Below are positions 63,587 through 64,000 of a DNA stretch of 64,000 nucleotides, in pieces. The stretch's first letter is position 1, and every line of letters starts with the position of its first letter. The stretch spans positions 128,001-192,000 of the forward strand of contig JAFATB010000014.1 in the NCBI GenBank assembly GCA_019244185.1, written 5' to 3'. A program made the position numbers and the translations under genes. The notes beneath the pieces were generated by a model. It saw only the letters and a list, made by a program, of their open reading frames with translations, had not been told where the DNA came from and did not search any database. Source of the DNA: Acidobacteriota bacterium (GTDB lineage Bacteria > Acidobacteriota > Thermoanaerobaculia > Gp7-AA8).

Positions 63587-64000
63587 CGCCGGCTTCCTTG
63601 TTCCACTTCGTGGTCATCTTCTTCGCGCGCGTCCACAGCTCGATCGAGCCGCGGCCGGTGATGTCGCCGGTGCCGAACTTCGACTCGTTCCAGCCGCCGA
63701 AGCCGAACGGCTCGCGCGGCACGGGCACGCCGACGTTGACGCCGACCATGCCGGCGCTCGCCTTCTCCATCACGTAACGCGCGACGCCGCCGCTCTCCGT
63801 GAACACCGACGCCGCGTTGCCGTAGCGCGAGCGCTGCTGCACCGCCAGCGCCTCATCGACGTCGTTCGCGCGGATGATGACCATCACCGGTCCGAAGATC
63901 TCTTCCTGCGCGATGCGCATGTCGGGCGTGACGTGATCGATGAGCGTCGGTCCGACGTAGAAGCCGTTTTCTTTCCCCGGCACCACGCACCCGCGTCCAT
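63570..64000 (-). CDS. mmsA: CoA-acylating (methyl)malonate-semialdehyde dehydrogenase, 3' part only
   Basis: EEIFGPV, YGNAASVFT, GMVGVNVGVPVP, FGFGGWNESKFG. Confidence 0.88.
   Translation of the reverse strand, partial: GRGCVVPGKENGFYVGPTLIDHVTPDMRIAQEEIFGPVMVIIRANDVDEALAVQQRSRYGNAASVFTESGGVARYVMEKASAGMVGVNVGVPVPREPFGFGGWNESKFGTGDITGRGSIELWTRAKKMTTKWNKEAGVNWMS

Overview
High-GC (roughly 70% by eye) bacterial chromosomal window with about 50 densely packed CDSs. The gene content and style (TonB-dependent receptor, IPTL-CTERM sorting signal, sigma54 promoters, many apparently leaderless genes) suggest a diderm soil bacterium, plausibly Acidobacteriota/Thermoanaerobaculia (inference). It encodes a LigC plus primase-polymerase DNA repair pair, a hybrid histidine kinase, a complete PaoABC-XdhC-MocA molybdoenzyme cluster and two toxin-antitoxin-like pairs. 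It also encodes S8 and M36 secreted proteases, a TetR (FadR/YsiA-box) operon with a giant CPBP intramembrane protease, a thioesterase and a fused NfnB/NfnA-like flavo-FeS protein, an orphan fused E1 2-oxoacid dehydrogenase, and part of a reductive pyrimidine catabolic cluster whose PreA lacks its Fe-S domain. I found no tRNA, rRNA, CRISPR array or transposase. The best novelty candidate is an unannotated, highly structured RNA of about 230 nt on the minus strand (5240 to ~5012). It sits between a near-consensus sigma54 promoter and a strong intrinsic terminator and has a possible pseudoknot or alternative fold. Two palindromic non-coding elements (43686-43774 and 58438-58652) are also notable. 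All calls come from reading the sequence; no searches were run.
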